Notes: a model not told the origin generated them from the letters alone. DNA of 64,000 bases from Octopus sinensis (GCF_006345805.1 NC_043008.1:13392001-13456000), one strand, 5' to 3'; shown: positions 12,514 to 26,330, counted from the first letter of the stretch. Made by a program: numbers and translations.

Positions 12514-12551
12514 ACTGTTACTCAGTTTCACGTTCCAGTTCATCGGACAGT
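12514..12551 (-). ncRNA. Minimal type I hammerhead motif, U4C core variant
   Basis: ACUGU CCGAUGA AC UGGAAC GU GAAAC UGA GUA ACAGU; helix I is 5 perfect bp, helix II only 2 bp. Confidence 0.6.
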
Positions 12552-12724
12552 TTTGTTTAGAATGGAACGAAAATAAGGTTATAAGCAAACATATAGAAAT
12601 AGTTTAGTGGATACACATTTTTTTCCATTCTAAATAAAATTGACAAACGAACGGGTACGTAAAACTCTGGGTAAGTTTTTGTGATATTTTTGCTGCTTTT
12701 TAATAAAGTATATATATATATATA

Positions 12725-12887
12725 GGCGCAGGAGTGGCTGTGTGGTAAGTAGCTTGCTAACCAACCACATGGTTCCGGGTTCAGTCCCACTATCTGGCAT
12801 ATTAGACAAGTGTCTTCTGCTATAGCCCTGGGCCGACCAATGCCTTGTGAGTGGATTTGGTAGACGGAAACTGAAAGAAGCCTGTCG

Positions 12888-12944
<57 letters not shown>

Positions 12945-13122
12945 TTGTGTGTCTGTGTTTGTCTCCCTAGCATGCTGGTGTGTTTACGTCCCCGTCACTT
13001 AGCAGTTCGTCAAAAAGAGGCGGATATAATAAGTACTGGACTTACAAAGAATAAGTCCCGGGGTCGATTTGCTCGACTAAAGGCGGTGCTCCAGCATGGC
13101 CGCAGTCAAATGACTGAAACAA
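12725..13122 (+). mobile_element. SINE family A, small internal deletion
   Basis: Head, core and tail match 8067. Confidence 0.9.
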
Positions 13123-13159
13123 ATAATAATAATAGAGTAATAGAGTAATATATATATAT

Positions 13160-13232
13160 AGTGAGAATTTATAAGAAAATAAAAACAGACGAAGACTGGT
13201 GTGTAAACAACAGACAGATGTATTAGTTTAAC
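13160..13232 (-). mobile_element. Family D-related fragment lacking the HHR-like part
   Basis: cagacgaagactggtgtgtaaacaacagacagatgtattagt resembles 40440-40480. Confidence 0.55.
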
Positions 13233-13427
13233 ACATACATACATAAATACATGAGTGCGTGTGAATGGTAATAGCGCAGACAAAAACAGAAAAAGAAAAT
13301 GACATTTCCAAACGTCTTTAATTTTAAAATAATTATAAAGCAAAAGACATCAAATTATCTATATTGCGACACTAATTGTAAGCAAGAGATTTTGACAACT
13401 CCAATATAATCGTACCGCAGAAATAGT

Positions 13428-13491
<64 letters not shown>

Positions 13492-13651
13492 CTGTGTCTG
13501 TGTGTGTATGTGTCTGTGTGTGTGCGTTTATGTGTTTGTGTGTGTGTATGTTTGTGTATGTGTGTGTGTGTGGTTCAATTTCTTTATAATTTGCAAATAT
13601 TTACAAACCTAAAGAATCTGTTCTTAACACTGCTCAATATACATTGTGAAT

Positions 13652-13800
13652 TGTGGTAAGTAGCTTGCTAACCAACCACATGGTTCCGGGTTCAGTCCTA
13701 CTGCGTGGCATCTTGGGCAAGTGTCTTCTGCTATAGCCCCGGGCCGACCAATATCTTGTGAGTGGATTTGGTAGACGGAAACTGAATGAAGCCTGTCGTA

Positions 13801-13845
<45 letters not shown>

Positions 13846-14066
13846 TTGTGTGTGTTTGTGTGTCTGTGTTTGTCCCCCTAGCATTGCTTGACAACCGATG
13901 CTGGTGTGATTACGTCCCCGTCACTTAGCGGTTCGGCAAAAGAGATTGATAGAATAAGTACTGGGCTTACAAAAGAATAAGTCCCGGGGGTCGAGTTGCT
14001 CGATTAAAGGCGGTGCTCCAGCATGGCCGCAGTCAAATGACTGAAACAAGTAAAAGAGTAAAGAGT
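13652..14066 (+). mobile_element. SINE family A, 5'-truncated
   Basis: Starts at tgtggtaagtagc; core and tail intact. Confidence 0.9.
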
Positions 14067-14369
14067 ATAACAACATTTATTTCAGAGTGTCAGGGAAATA
14101 CTATTTATCATTTTTTATTTTTATTTTATGCTTCTTTTTTTTAAAATAATTTTGATTATTTTCTCAGCAATATTTCTAAATTAATGTAAGGAATTTTCTC
14201 TTTCCGAAACAATTTCATGTCGGAAATTACTGACACCTATGTGTCACTGAATCTGTCTATATTAAGGAACGAATTTGTAAGGCCTTGTTACCCCTATGGT
14301 AAAAGTAACGGAAAAGATCATGGGAACCTTGGGCAATAGTGTCATGCAAAACGAAAAAACATTTCAGTA

Positions 14370-14492
14370 TATAGATAGATAGATAGACAGACATACAGAC
14401 AGATAGATGGATAGAAAGATAGACAGACAGATAGATAGACAGATAGACAGAGAGAAAAACAGACAGACAGATGGATAGAACGATAGACAGAC

Positions 14493-14583
<91 letters not shown>

Positions 14584-14676
14584 GAGATAGACAGACAGAT
14601 AGATAGACAGATAGACAGAGAGATAGACAGACAGACAGATGGATAGAAAGATTGACAGACAGATAGATAGACAGAG

Positions 14677-14707
<31 letters not shown>

Positions 14708-14856
14708 TAGATAGAAAGATAGACAGACATATAGATAGACAGATAGACAGACAGATAGACAGACATATAGATAGACAGATAGACAGACGTATAGACAGAC
14801 AGACAGATAGATAGAAAGATAGACAGACAGACAGACAGGCAGACATACAGACAAAC

Positions 14857-14921
<65 letters not shown>

Positions 14922-14964
14922 TAGATGGATAGATAGATAGATAGATAGATAGATGATAGATAGA

Positions 14965-14997
<33 letters not shown>

Positions 14998-15005
14998 AGA
15001 TAGAT
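14370..15005. repeat. Long (GATA)/(GACA) microsatellite
   Basis: Directly visible; source of the LSIY/LSVC pseudo-ORFs. Confidence 0.97.
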
Positions 15006-16120
15006 ATGTTTTCTTTCTTTATTAGCCACACAGGGCTGCACACAGATAGAACAAATTACAAGGTAGAGCTTTTCTTTGAAGGTATTAAAAAAAAAAAAAA
15101 TAGGAAGGGGAGGTTCGATCAAAAGGGATCGTAAAAGGAGAGAAAGAGACAAAAAAAAAGGGGGGTAAAAAAAAAAAAAAAAAAATAAAAATAAAAAAAA
15201 GGGGGAGAGGAAAAAAAAAAAAAAAAAAAAAAAAAATGATCAATAGGGATCGTTATCACAGAAATGTCAATATGAAGTGTAAAGGGGAGGACAGGTGAGG
15301 TTTACCGTGGAAAGAAAAGCCTACGGAAAAGACCACGGTAACCTCGGTCAATGAAGTCACATTTTATATTTCTTTTTTTTTTTTTTTTTTTTTTGCAAAT
15401 AAGTAACTCTCTGTTTTCGATTTCTGGGTTCATAGGACTATGCTCAAGGTGGCTTCGTCATTCATACGTGCCATTCTTGCAACATTCACCCTCTTTTTAA
15501 AACATTCGCTAGACAAAACTTGCCTCTCTACTCTCACTTTCCTTTTCAAGTGGTACTTGAAGAAGTTGATGAGAGATTGACCAGAGAGGAAAGTGTTGTC
15601 TCCAATCCTTTCAGACGCGTCCACCAGATACATTCTTTCGCCATAGCCACAAGGATGATGAAAATAGCTCTTCCTTCCCGTTTGAAGGAAGGAGGCGTGA
15701 CAATATTGACGATAGACTCAGCTGATAAACCGACTCGTCCCACACGTGACAGCAGTTGTTCGACATAAGCCCACAGGTCGGAAATTGTTGGACACTGAAC
15801 GAGTGCGTGCAGAACGGTTTCGTCGCTCTGACCGCATCTCGGGCAGGTCGGCCCCGTGTTTCTCGAGCCGTGTCTGTAGAGCTTATCCCGAACGGGTAGC
15901 GCTTCTCGGTAGCACTGCCAGGCCAGGGATCTCTGGAAGTTGTCCATGGGCCCTGGCCCGAAAGTCGTCCCGAACAGGCGGGTCAGGTACTCCTCGTCGA
16001 CGTCCAGGTTCGCCCCGAGCTCGTCGTCGTACCTCCCCTCCACTAAACCCCTATAGAATGCTTTGGTTGTGTTGAAGTCACTTAAGGTCGACCCAGGACG
16101 GCAGACTTGCTTGAGAGCAA
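15006..16120 (-). mobile_element. 5'-truncated Tx1/L1-clade LINE: ORF2 C-terminus (zf-RVT-like CCHC) plus 3' UTR, frameshifted
   Basis: Peptide ..EALPVRDKL..CPRCGQSDETVLHALVQCP..W.. with frameshifts near 16050 and 15605, ending ..ARMNDEATLSIVL*; GC-rich; both ends abut (ATCT)n. Confidence 0.88.
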
Positions 16121-16121
16121 C

Positions 16122-16171
<50 letters not shown>

Positions 16172-16174
16172 GCA

Positions 16175-16208
<34 letters not shown>

Positions 16209-17196
16209 CAGAAGTATTCAGATTACTAAGACACAGATACATATCTGCTGAAATGTGTACACATGTATAGTTACACTATGGCATGCTGTGTGTTTCGTAT
16301 TGTACATCCACATACTGCGGTGTATACGTGTGCACCGCTCACAACGACCACCTGTCTCTATCACGCAACCACATACATGTTCGATTTACTACATAAAATG
16401 GACGAAACACATACACATACGATTTTGTTTCTGATTTTCTATTCGATTTCAAGTGCATGTAAACAAAATACAGTGTTAACACATATAATCGAATAAACTG
16501 AGATCTCTTTGCATTTTTTTCCCTTCGACATAAATATTTTCCTTTTTACTTTTAATTTCCATCGTATTTAATACTTACTTGGACGAGTTTTGTATTCATT
16601 TCCATATACAGACATGTAAACCTACTTTTATATATTATACTCTGTGACCTCATAAATACTTTACAGGAAAATAACATAAACACGAAAATATCAACAATCA
16701 TAAATATAATCGTGTAGGTTTAAGTAATGTCTACAAACTTTAACAATCTCATAGGCATTTCACAGATAACAGAACTCTAATCTGAAAGGATTCTATCATT
16801 TCAAATTATCTTCTGGATGAATGGTTCTAATTCTTTTTAAAACTGTGGAAACCAGCATTAGTTAATATATTTATTTCGTTGCTTATATTTTAACAAATTC
16901 AGTTGTATTTATTTCCGTTCGTTTTATATAACATAGTATGAACTTGATGGAGTGTAAAATATTTAAAACATCAACCAGCATTGTTATACAGGAAATATAA
17001 TCCTTTCCTAAGAACATAAAACATGTCTGGATGCATATTCTCTATAGGAAAACTAAGTAAAGAGAAACAAATCTGCAACGAAGTTAGCAAAAATTACACC
17101 TGCGGAACGCTTACGCACTAGGAGGGATTATAGGGAAATTTACCCAGTTCATTATGTCACATGATCTGACTTTTCAAGCCTTGGACACAATATTTG

Positions 17197-17420
17197 ACCG
17201 AAATATGTTATATGAGCGAAAACTAATATGTTGTGTGAGGGAAATATGGTATATGATCGAAAACCAAGGTGTTATAATAGCGGAGACTGAGATGTTTTAG
17301 AAGCAAAATATGCTATATGAGCGAAAACTATGAGTGAAATGTATTTTATGAGCGAAAACAAAGATGTTAAATGAGCGAAATATGTTATATGAGCATCAAT
17401 TAAGATGCTATATGATCGGA
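17197..17420. repeat. Decayed minisatellite (about 18-23-bp unit atatgttatatgagcgaa)
   Basis: Recurrent gagcgaaa and atatgttatat words at a short period. Confidence 0.65.
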
Positions 17421-19097
17421 ATATTCTGCAGTGCGCATTTTTATTTGTACTGCGACTTTCATACACCATTGAACAAGAAATTACATTTTCTTCTGACCGT
17501 GTAGCCTATACTCGTATTTTACTTGTGTGTCAGATGAGTAGATTTTAATATTGTTTTCGAATTGAATTATCTTAAAGACAATAACATGGTTACAGACCAT
17601 AAAGAAAATTGCGCTAATATTATCTGATAATAACAGTACACTTACAGATAGTTACAAAATATATTTTGGTCAATATAAAAATTGTTGAATTTCGGGATGG
17701 TTACATTTTTTGTTTTGTTTTTCTTTACAAATACGCACTCATTTTGCAGCTAGCAGCGGGATGTTAGAACATACAATTATGTAGAGCATATGAATAAACA
17801 AACACTGACAGAAACACAACTTCTGAATCCTCATTCGACATAGCCATTCTGGTTGAAGCGATTTTTAGTTAGAGGACTGGATTTTAGTATCGAAAGAAGG
17901 AAGGATATAATGTATAAAGAAAACAGCGATACTGGCCTACAAAGTGTCACCATTGAGGCTTAATAATGATTAAAATCTGGAACCTGATTGTTCTGTTGCA
18001 TTCGAGCACCATTCGTAACATTTTTCAAATGAGACAGCATAAATTGGTAAGCTGATGGAATTGTCGGCAATAAGAATTTCGGAGTAAGGCAACAATACTG
18101 TTTTCAAAAGAAGTATAGTAACAAGAGTAATCTTATCAACATTAACGTTGAGTTGTGACAACGAGATTAATATTACACTATAAATATTTTCTTCTATTAG
18201 CAGTTAGACATCTTCCTTTTCAAATATTCCGAAACGACGCCATGCTGTCCACATTAAAGAAAATGGTAGTGTTATTATATGCACGCCATTTACAAAATCG
18301 TAAGTGCACCTAAATTCATTTGATTTGGTTGATGAGCTACTGAAAATAACTTGGGGAGCACTGTGTTTTTTTAGTAAGCTTATACCGTAGAGTTTTTCAC
18401 TCATTCAAAATATTGTGTTTACAAACGTCGATTCATAAGGTTCTCATTGTAAATAATTGAGTAACCCTCCACCAAGAACTGATCATAATATAAAAACAAG
18501 AAATGGTCTTGTGTGCCTGATGATCCCTACATAAGTGGCGACTGTCAGAAGATGCTGATCTAAAATTCCTAAGATGGTAACAAATTGTTTCATGAAAATA
18601 AATTCTTAAAAATTGTAGCAAAATAATATTCATTATTGAATCCCACGTCAATGATCAATTATGTTGTTCAATGCTAAATGACATATGAAATAATGTGGCA
18701 ACATATCTTTCGTGTAATCTTAGGGGAACACCGTATCTCGATTATTTACAAGTGAACTGTAAAAGCTATCGAAATATTCCTAAAGAGAAATGGTTATTGA
18801 TAACAATACCTGTAGTTTGTCTCCCCTCTCTCTGCCACACATGACTGTCTCTCTTTCTACCTCTCTCCTCTTACTCACACTATTTCTATCTAACTCTATA
18901 TATTTACATAAGCATTTATGCTTCTAAGTAAACATCTATACTTATGACTCGCAATCTCTCTCTCTCTCTTTCTCTCCCGCCATATATATATATATATATA
19001 TATAAAATATTATTAGAGACAAAACCACTATTTTGCAAAACAAACAAGGAAAGACTTAATCAATACATAAAATTTTAATAAATAGTCAAAAAAACCG

Positions 19098-19140
19098 CCA
19101 CTACAATCGTTTCTTGTCTTGATCGACAATCTTCAGGTGG
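19098..19140 (-). ncRNA. Minimal type I hammerhead motif
   Basis: CCAC CUGAAGA UUGUC GAUCAA GACAA GAAAC GAUU GUA GUGG; helix I 4 bp, helix II 5 bp, helix III 2 bp, complete core. Confidence 0.82.
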
Positions 19141-19187
19141 ACTTCCAATAATTCAGTTACAAATTATGAAGTGAAATATATATATAT

Positions 19188-19242
<55 letters not shown>

Positions 19243-19410
19243 CACATATATACATATACATGTATAAATATCCCTCTCACTTTCTCTCTCTCTCACTTCC
19301 TATTATATATATATATATAGGAAGAGAGGGAGAGAGCCAGCTAGCTAGATATGTAGATAGATAGACAGACAGACAGACAGATAGACGGATAGATAGATAG
19401 ATAGATAGAG

Positions 19411-19449
<39 letters not shown>

Positions 19450-19453
19450 AGAT

Positions 19454-19524
<71 letters not shown>

Positions 19525-20257
19525 CCATTTAATGTAAAATGAAAAGAAATCAGCTATAAATTTATGGAAAAAATAATGAATGTTGAATGGAAAATAAAGC
19601 ACAAATTTTGAAAGAACTAACATTAATCTATACAGCAATATGAACTGTTACGCCAATTCAGAAGTCTGACATTAAAAGTACACTATATTAGCTTCCGTAT
19701 CAAATGAGGTAGTACGTTCAAATCTCTATTTAATTAACTGCCACATATTTGAAAGGTTGATGTCCTGTTCATTTATTTATTTATTTCTGTAACAGTTTGT
19801 GATTTTTATTTTTGATTCCGTTGGTCAGTTTGCTTTTTATCTGCTTTGAATAAAACACAAACTTATTACAAAGCATCGCATATAAAACGAACATACACAA
19901 TAAATTTAAATGCTAACTACACTATGTATTTATTGTTTAATGTTAATGGAAGTTGCTTCAAAGAGAAATGGGAAATGAAATGGAAGATCAAAAGCAAATT
20001 TATATCGCTGTTTAACTTAGAACATCCTGTTTTCTCTAGAGTTCTTCCACTTATTGTTGTTGGTGTCATCTCCACTAGTCGTTTTAGTACAAACACTTTG
20101 CTGGTACTTTGATATAAGCAGATAATGCATTTTTTGTACGTAGAGGGAATAGATACTATCGACCCGGTACTATCAGTTCAATAGTTTTTTATATAGACAT
20201 AGACATACACACATGTATATATATATATATATACACACACATACACACACACACACA

Positions 20258-20293
<36 letters not shown>

Positions 20294-20440
20294 GTATTCT
20301 GTGAGTTGACACACTCAGGAGAAGTTATGTCTACCACACAAAAAAAGAAGGCATAGAGAATTCTGGACGTGAATATATTATGTAATCCACCGGGATTATT
20401 TTGACAAAATACATTTTGCTTCGGTTATGGTTCTTCTGAA

Positions 20441-20488
20441 AGTGTTCCCGAACAGCCATCGGCGAAACAAAACATATTTTGTCACACT
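20441..20488 (+). ncRNA. Decayed hammerhead-like motif (5' core damaged)
   Basis: AGUGU UCCCGAACA GCC AUC GGC GAAAC AAAA CAUA UUUU GUC ACACU; all three helices and GUC are correct, CUGANGA is not. Duplicated at 22009-22056. Confidence 0.5.
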
Positions 20489-20523
20489 AACACAAACACT
20501 CATACACACCACACACACACACA

Positions 20524-20576
<53 letters not shown>

Positions 20577-20683
20577 ATATATATATATATAAAATATTAT
20601 TAGAGACAAAACCACTATTTTGCAAAACAAACAAGGAAAGACTTATCAATACATAAAATTTTAATAAATAGTCAAAAAAACCG

Positions 20684-20726
20684 CCACTACAATCGTTTCT
20701 TGTCTTGATCGACAATCTTCAGGTGG
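20684..20726 (-). ncRNA. Minimal type I hammerhead motif, duplicate of 19098
   Basis: Identical sequence in the second unit of the duplication. Confidence 0.8.
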
Positions 20727-20769
20727 ACTTCCAATAATTCAGTTACAAATTATGAAGTGAAATATATAT

Positions 20770-20812
<43 letters not shown>

Positions 20813-20986
20813 CACATATATACATATACATGTATAAATATCCCTCTCACTTTCTCTCTCTCTCACTTCCTATTATATATATATATATAGGAAGAGAGGG
20901 AGAGAGCCAGCTAGCTAGATATGTAGATAGATAGACAGACAGACAGACAGATAGACGGATAGATAGATAGATAGATAGAGAGATAG

Positions 20987-21096
<110 letters not shown>

Positions 21097-21805
21097 CCAT
21101 TTAATGTAAAATGAAAAGAAATCAGCTATAAATTTATGGAAAAAATAATGAATGTTGAATGGAAAATAAAGCACAAATTTTGAAAGAACTAACATTAATC
21201 TATACAGCAATATGAACTGTTACGCCAATTCAGAAGTCTGACATTAAAAGTACACTATATTAGCTTCCGTATCAAATGAGGTAGTACGTTCAAATCTCTA
21301 TTTAATTAACTGCCACATATTTGAAAGGTTGATGTCCTGTTCATTTATTTATTTATTTCTGTAACAGTTTGTGATTTTTATTTTTGATTCCGTTGGTCAG
21401 TTTGCTTTTTATCTGCTTTGAATAAAACACAAACTTATTACAAAGCATCGCATATAAAACGAACATACACAATAAATTTAAATGCTAACTACACTATGTA
21501 TTTATTGTTTAATGTTAATGGAAGTTGCTTCAAAGAGAAATGGGAAATGAAATGGAAGATCAAAAGCAAATTTATATCGCTGTTTAACTTAGAACATCCT
21601 GTTTTCTCTAGAGTTCTTCCACTTATTGTTGTTGGTGTCATCTCCACTAGTCGTTTTAGTACAAACACTTTGCTGGTACTTTGATATAAGCAGATAATGC
21701 ATTTTTTGTACGTAGAGGGAATAGATACTATCGACCCGGTACTATCAGTTCAATAGTTTTTTATATAGACATAGACATACACACATGTATATATATATAT
21801 ATACA

Positions 21806-21843
<38 letters not shown>

Positions 21844-22068
21844 ACATATATATATATATATGTATTCTGTGAGTTGACACACTCAGGAGAAGTTATGTCT
21901 ACCACACAAAAAAAGAAGGCATAGAGAATTCTGGACGTGAATATATTATGTAATCCACCGGGATTATTTTGACAAAATACATTTTGCTTCGGTTATGGTT
22001 CTTCTGAAAGTGTTCCCGAACAGCCATCGGCGAAACAAAACATATTTTGTCACACTAACACAAACACT

Positions 22069-22160
<92 letters not shown>

Positions 22161-24052
22161 TATACGCACAAAGTGCATTTGTATAAGTATAATGATAAGG
22201 CATGGGCAAGATAGATAAATTCTACATTATACTTTCATGCCCATTATGGTTTGACGACGACCATCATCACTCCAGATAGTCTAATGTAAGGACACTATGC
22301 ACTATATAGAAAAACTAAACATAGAAACCATAACCGTTATTTTTTTTTATTTTCGTAATGTATCCATGTTTCACTATAGGTGTGATATTTATTTACTTAA
22401 ACCTGTAATCGTATATTACGTAACATACTACAACCAGCTCAAATCATCCGTGTTAGTGATGAAAGATTTACGCAAACAAATGAGCAAACACTTATATACA
22501 CACGTATACAAATGAGTACAATGAGGTTAATATAGCTAAATATTATAGAAGTAGAAGGAAAATAGAGGTTTTGTAAGACTGATAGATAGCCCTGATGAGG
22601 TGAAGAGAAGGAGACCGTTTAACACTTGACTCACCAAAACTGTATCACTCAAATTTGATAATTGCTGATAGGCATGTGTTAGCATTATTGTGAGCATTGT
22701 AAGTGAAATCCGTGTTTATAAAAATCTTTTGTCATTCCTGAAGATTAGTTGTCTGAAGAGAGATGAATAAAAGTACATCATTTGTATAAATTATTTATAT
22801 AATATAGAGACTGTTATTTATAAAAGATACATGTGTGTGTGTGGTGGGGATATGGGTATTAATCTATATTCTAAAACAACAAATAGTGCTTCTGAGAAAG
22901 AAGAAACAATGTATACGTATTAATTATTCAGAGATAACAACGAGAATTTTTACATTGACTTTGTTTAGGCAATAATATTTTTTTTGTGATTTATGCTCTT
23001 ACTTTTTGTAACAGCATCCGTTTCTAACTTTACTGTTTTCTAGAACGTTCATTTGCAACAAAATTTTCATGAAACAGATGTTAGTTTACTTTCAGTAAAC
23101 TGACAAAAAATAAAGCCCCCCCAAAAAACATTACGTGTATTTAATTGAAGCTTATTGATTTCTCCGCCATCTTTACTAATCGATAATTATTTCGTTAAAA
23201 AAAATTATAGTTACTCAATTCAGACGTATGGATTCTAGTAGTTTCCTATTTTGAAGAGCTATAATCCTTTCTTAGAGCAATATTTAGCTAATTTATATTT
23301 ATATTATATGCAGTTTTGTCTTGCTTGCTTTGTTTCAGTTATTTTCTTTTCATATCCTTTATTGTCTCCATATTTCACGTTCGCTATTATTTTTTTACGT
23401 CATCTATCATAAATCTACCTAATTTACATTTTTTTTTTCATTGAATACATTTATTATTGTTTCTGTGTTACATAGAAAATGTATTTCCTGTATTATATTT
23501 GTATATAAATAGCTGAGAGCAATTAGTTATTTTTGTTGCACACGCTTTTGTCATTATACCTATTGTAGTTTTTGATGATGTTGATGATGATGATGATGAT
23601 GATGACGACAACGACGACGACGCTCTACGAATTGCTGTTAGTGTTTTCTTTTTGTCTTGTGAAAATAATATGTGTGTTTTTGTTTCTACATATTTGCTCT
23701 GTATTCCGACACATGATATACTTTCTCTTCGAAATAAATTCCATTTTTATTCATAACATAATAATAAGTATATTCATTTGAGTCTTTCTTCTTTCTCTAA
23801 TATTCCGATTTCTATCGATATAATATTGGCATAAATGGTAAGGTATGCTTCATTGGTATCGAATCGTTTTCTAAACCTATTAAATGGAGCTATTATTTCA
23901 AATCATTCTGCAAATGCAAGTGTTTCCTACTGAATTTCTTGCAAGCATATGTCAGCGGAATATATAATTCATACGCATGATTATCGTTTCAACGAAATGA
24001 TGCGTGACTATAGACGAAACATAAATCACCCTCCTTTATTGTCATTTAGTGT

Positions 24053-24408
24053 GGAGGCGAAATGGCCCAGTGGTTAAGGCAGTGGTCGTAGGATCGCGGT
24101 TCCGATTCCCAGACCCGGCGTTGTTAGTGTTTATTGAGTGAAAACACCTAAAGCTCCAAGATGTTCCGGTAGGGGGTGAATCCTGCTGTACTCTTTCACC
24201 TCAACTTTCTCTCACTCTTTCTGTTGTACCTGTATTTCAAATGGCCGGCCTTGTCACACTTTGTATCGCGCTGAACCTCCCCGAGAACTACGTTAATGGT
24301 ATACATGTCTGTGGAGTGCTCAGCCACTTGCACGTTAATTTCATGAGCATGCTGTTCCGTTGATCAGATCAACTGGGCCCCTCGTCGTCGTAATTGACGG
24401 AGAGCCAC
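24053..24408 (+). mobile_element. tRNA-derived SINE family C, 3' variant 1
   Basis: ggaggcgaaatggcccagtggttaaggcag head with A/B-box-like motifs; 3' half ends ctcgtcgtcgtaattgacgg. Confidence 0.85.
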
Positions 24409-26261
24409 AATTGTCGTTTATTAGCCAAAATCATTTGGGACTACTTAATTTTCAAACTCAAATCACTATATCAACTACTATTGAGATATATTTACAACCA
24501 AATTAGAATTTTTGCTGGTAATATATATATATTGCAGTTTAGAGTGCAAAATTGCAAAACTTACTTATTTTTCTCTCATATCGCATTTATTGAGAAACAA
24601 AATTATTTGTTTGTTCACAGAGGTCGATCACCAACTCAATTGAATTGTGAAAGAGAAATGTGACAAGATAATCTGATAGATTTCATGAGAAGAAGATAAC
24701 AAGCAGAATATGCTTCAAATGCTTTCTGAACCTGTTTGTGTCGAATATTTACACATGATAGCTTAGACTTAGATAGCTTAGATATGTTTCAACCAAAGAT
24801 TCGATCAGTCCATGTCTAACTTAATAGTACCACCTGATAGGATTTGCTAAATCCTTTATAAGTCAGGTTTTGTGACACCATGGCCTTTTCGAGTTCTTGT
24901 TGACTGAGTCGTATCCAGGTATAGGTGACTTATCTTGTATCTCTTGAAGAAATTTGTTCAGATTCAATTTAAAGGTGATGGGATCTTTTTCCTCTTTGGT
25001 TTCTTTGGAGACAGGGTCTTTTGAGGAAAAGATATGGTGTTGGGTAGGGGGCGTGTGGTCCGTGGTCCTAGCCTTGGATGAATTCTGAACCTAATGTTGC
25101 TGTTTTGCTTAAGAACAAAACGTATCACCGATCGGAGAATCGAAACGAAGATCTTTCCATAGTGAGTGCTACAAATGAGCTCTAGGCCACGATCTTCACA
25201 TACACACACAGATGCACAAACATACATATATACATACACACATACACATATATATATATATACATACATATCCACGCACACACTGACACACACATATATA
25301 TACACACATGATAGATAGACAGATAGGTAGACAGCTAGATAGATACATACTTACATGCATACATGCATACATACATACATACATACATACATACATACAG
25401 ACATACATACATACATACATACATACATACATACATGTTTATGTCCGTCTCACACTTATATAGCAGCTATATTTAGAAATTTCTTGCTCTTAAACAAAAA
25501 TGTTTTTGATAGTGACTTCGAAATTTCGGTCATCTGAGCCATCATCGGAATGCCATGTATTGAAGTTCATCTCAGCTAAATATAGGCTTTGCTGAGTTAA
25601 AATCTTTCTTGAACAAATGAATTCGAGTGGAATAGTAATTATGTTGTAGAGTGGGTAGCGATATTTTGCAGAAATTTTTATCGATTAAATTTTGGTTTAT
25701 GTTATAGCTTAGAAATTATTCATGCATGCAGTACACTGCGTATATTTCGGTGTTTCCGCTTCAGATCATGGGATCGCTTTTAGTGGTTCACAAAAATGAT
25801 TTAGGTAGGTAGAGGAAGTTGCTTTTTGATCAGCGGATGTGTCAGTAATAGTTATTTTTGGTTATATTGGATTTAATCATTTACTTTGAAAATGTAGACT
25901 GCTCAAAGATTAATCTAGTAGTTAAAAAAAACTTAGTAATTGGGTATGTCAACTTTTTTTGTAATGGAATTTTCCAAGCATGTCATGGAGTTGTTAGTTT
26001 AGAAATCTGTTTAAACTTGTGCTTTGATGTTCACGAGAGGGTGTGGTTTATCTAAAAGGTTGTTGGTCGATACGTTTCTCTCTGGGGGTTCATTCGACTA
26101 TGAACAATTTGTTTGATATACAGAAATTTTAACTTTCGACGTTTATGGAGGTAGATTTTGTGGGTTATACATTTACAAATATTTCTTCAATCACGTTTCG
26201 AAGGTAAGTATTATATATGTGAAAGTGAGTGTGTGCGTGTGTGCGTATGTGTGTGTATGTG

Positions 26262-26298
<37 letters not shown>

Positions 26299-26330
26299 GT
26301 GTTTTTATGCGAGCGTGGTGTGTTGGTATG

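Noticed and set aside
14257-15152. Long ORFs of 169-262 aa (LSIY/LSVC), and similar YI/HT/CV ORFs elsewhere
   Set aside because: These are translations of (GATA), (TA) and (CA) microsatellites.
17860-18660. Exon-like pieces (ag/gt-bounded 18201-18299; minus ORFs 17970 and 18204)
   Set aside because: No recognisable domain and no consistent multi-exon frame.
22591-22630. CUGAUGA GGU..ACC hammerhead candidate
   Set aside because: It is followed by GUUU rather than GAAA, and there is no helix I.
24053-24125. tRNA genes at SINE heads (also 29466, 63187, 8067)
   Set aside because: They are A/B-box-like heads continuing into SINE bodies; I could not fold a complete cloverleaf.
25505-26100. Two decayed HHR-like motifs on the minus strand (CCGAUGA..GAAA..GUC near 25520; GUCGA..GAAACGUA UCGAC near 26070)
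   Set aside because: The first lacks helix I; the second lacks CUG and helix II. They may be relics but cannot be supported.
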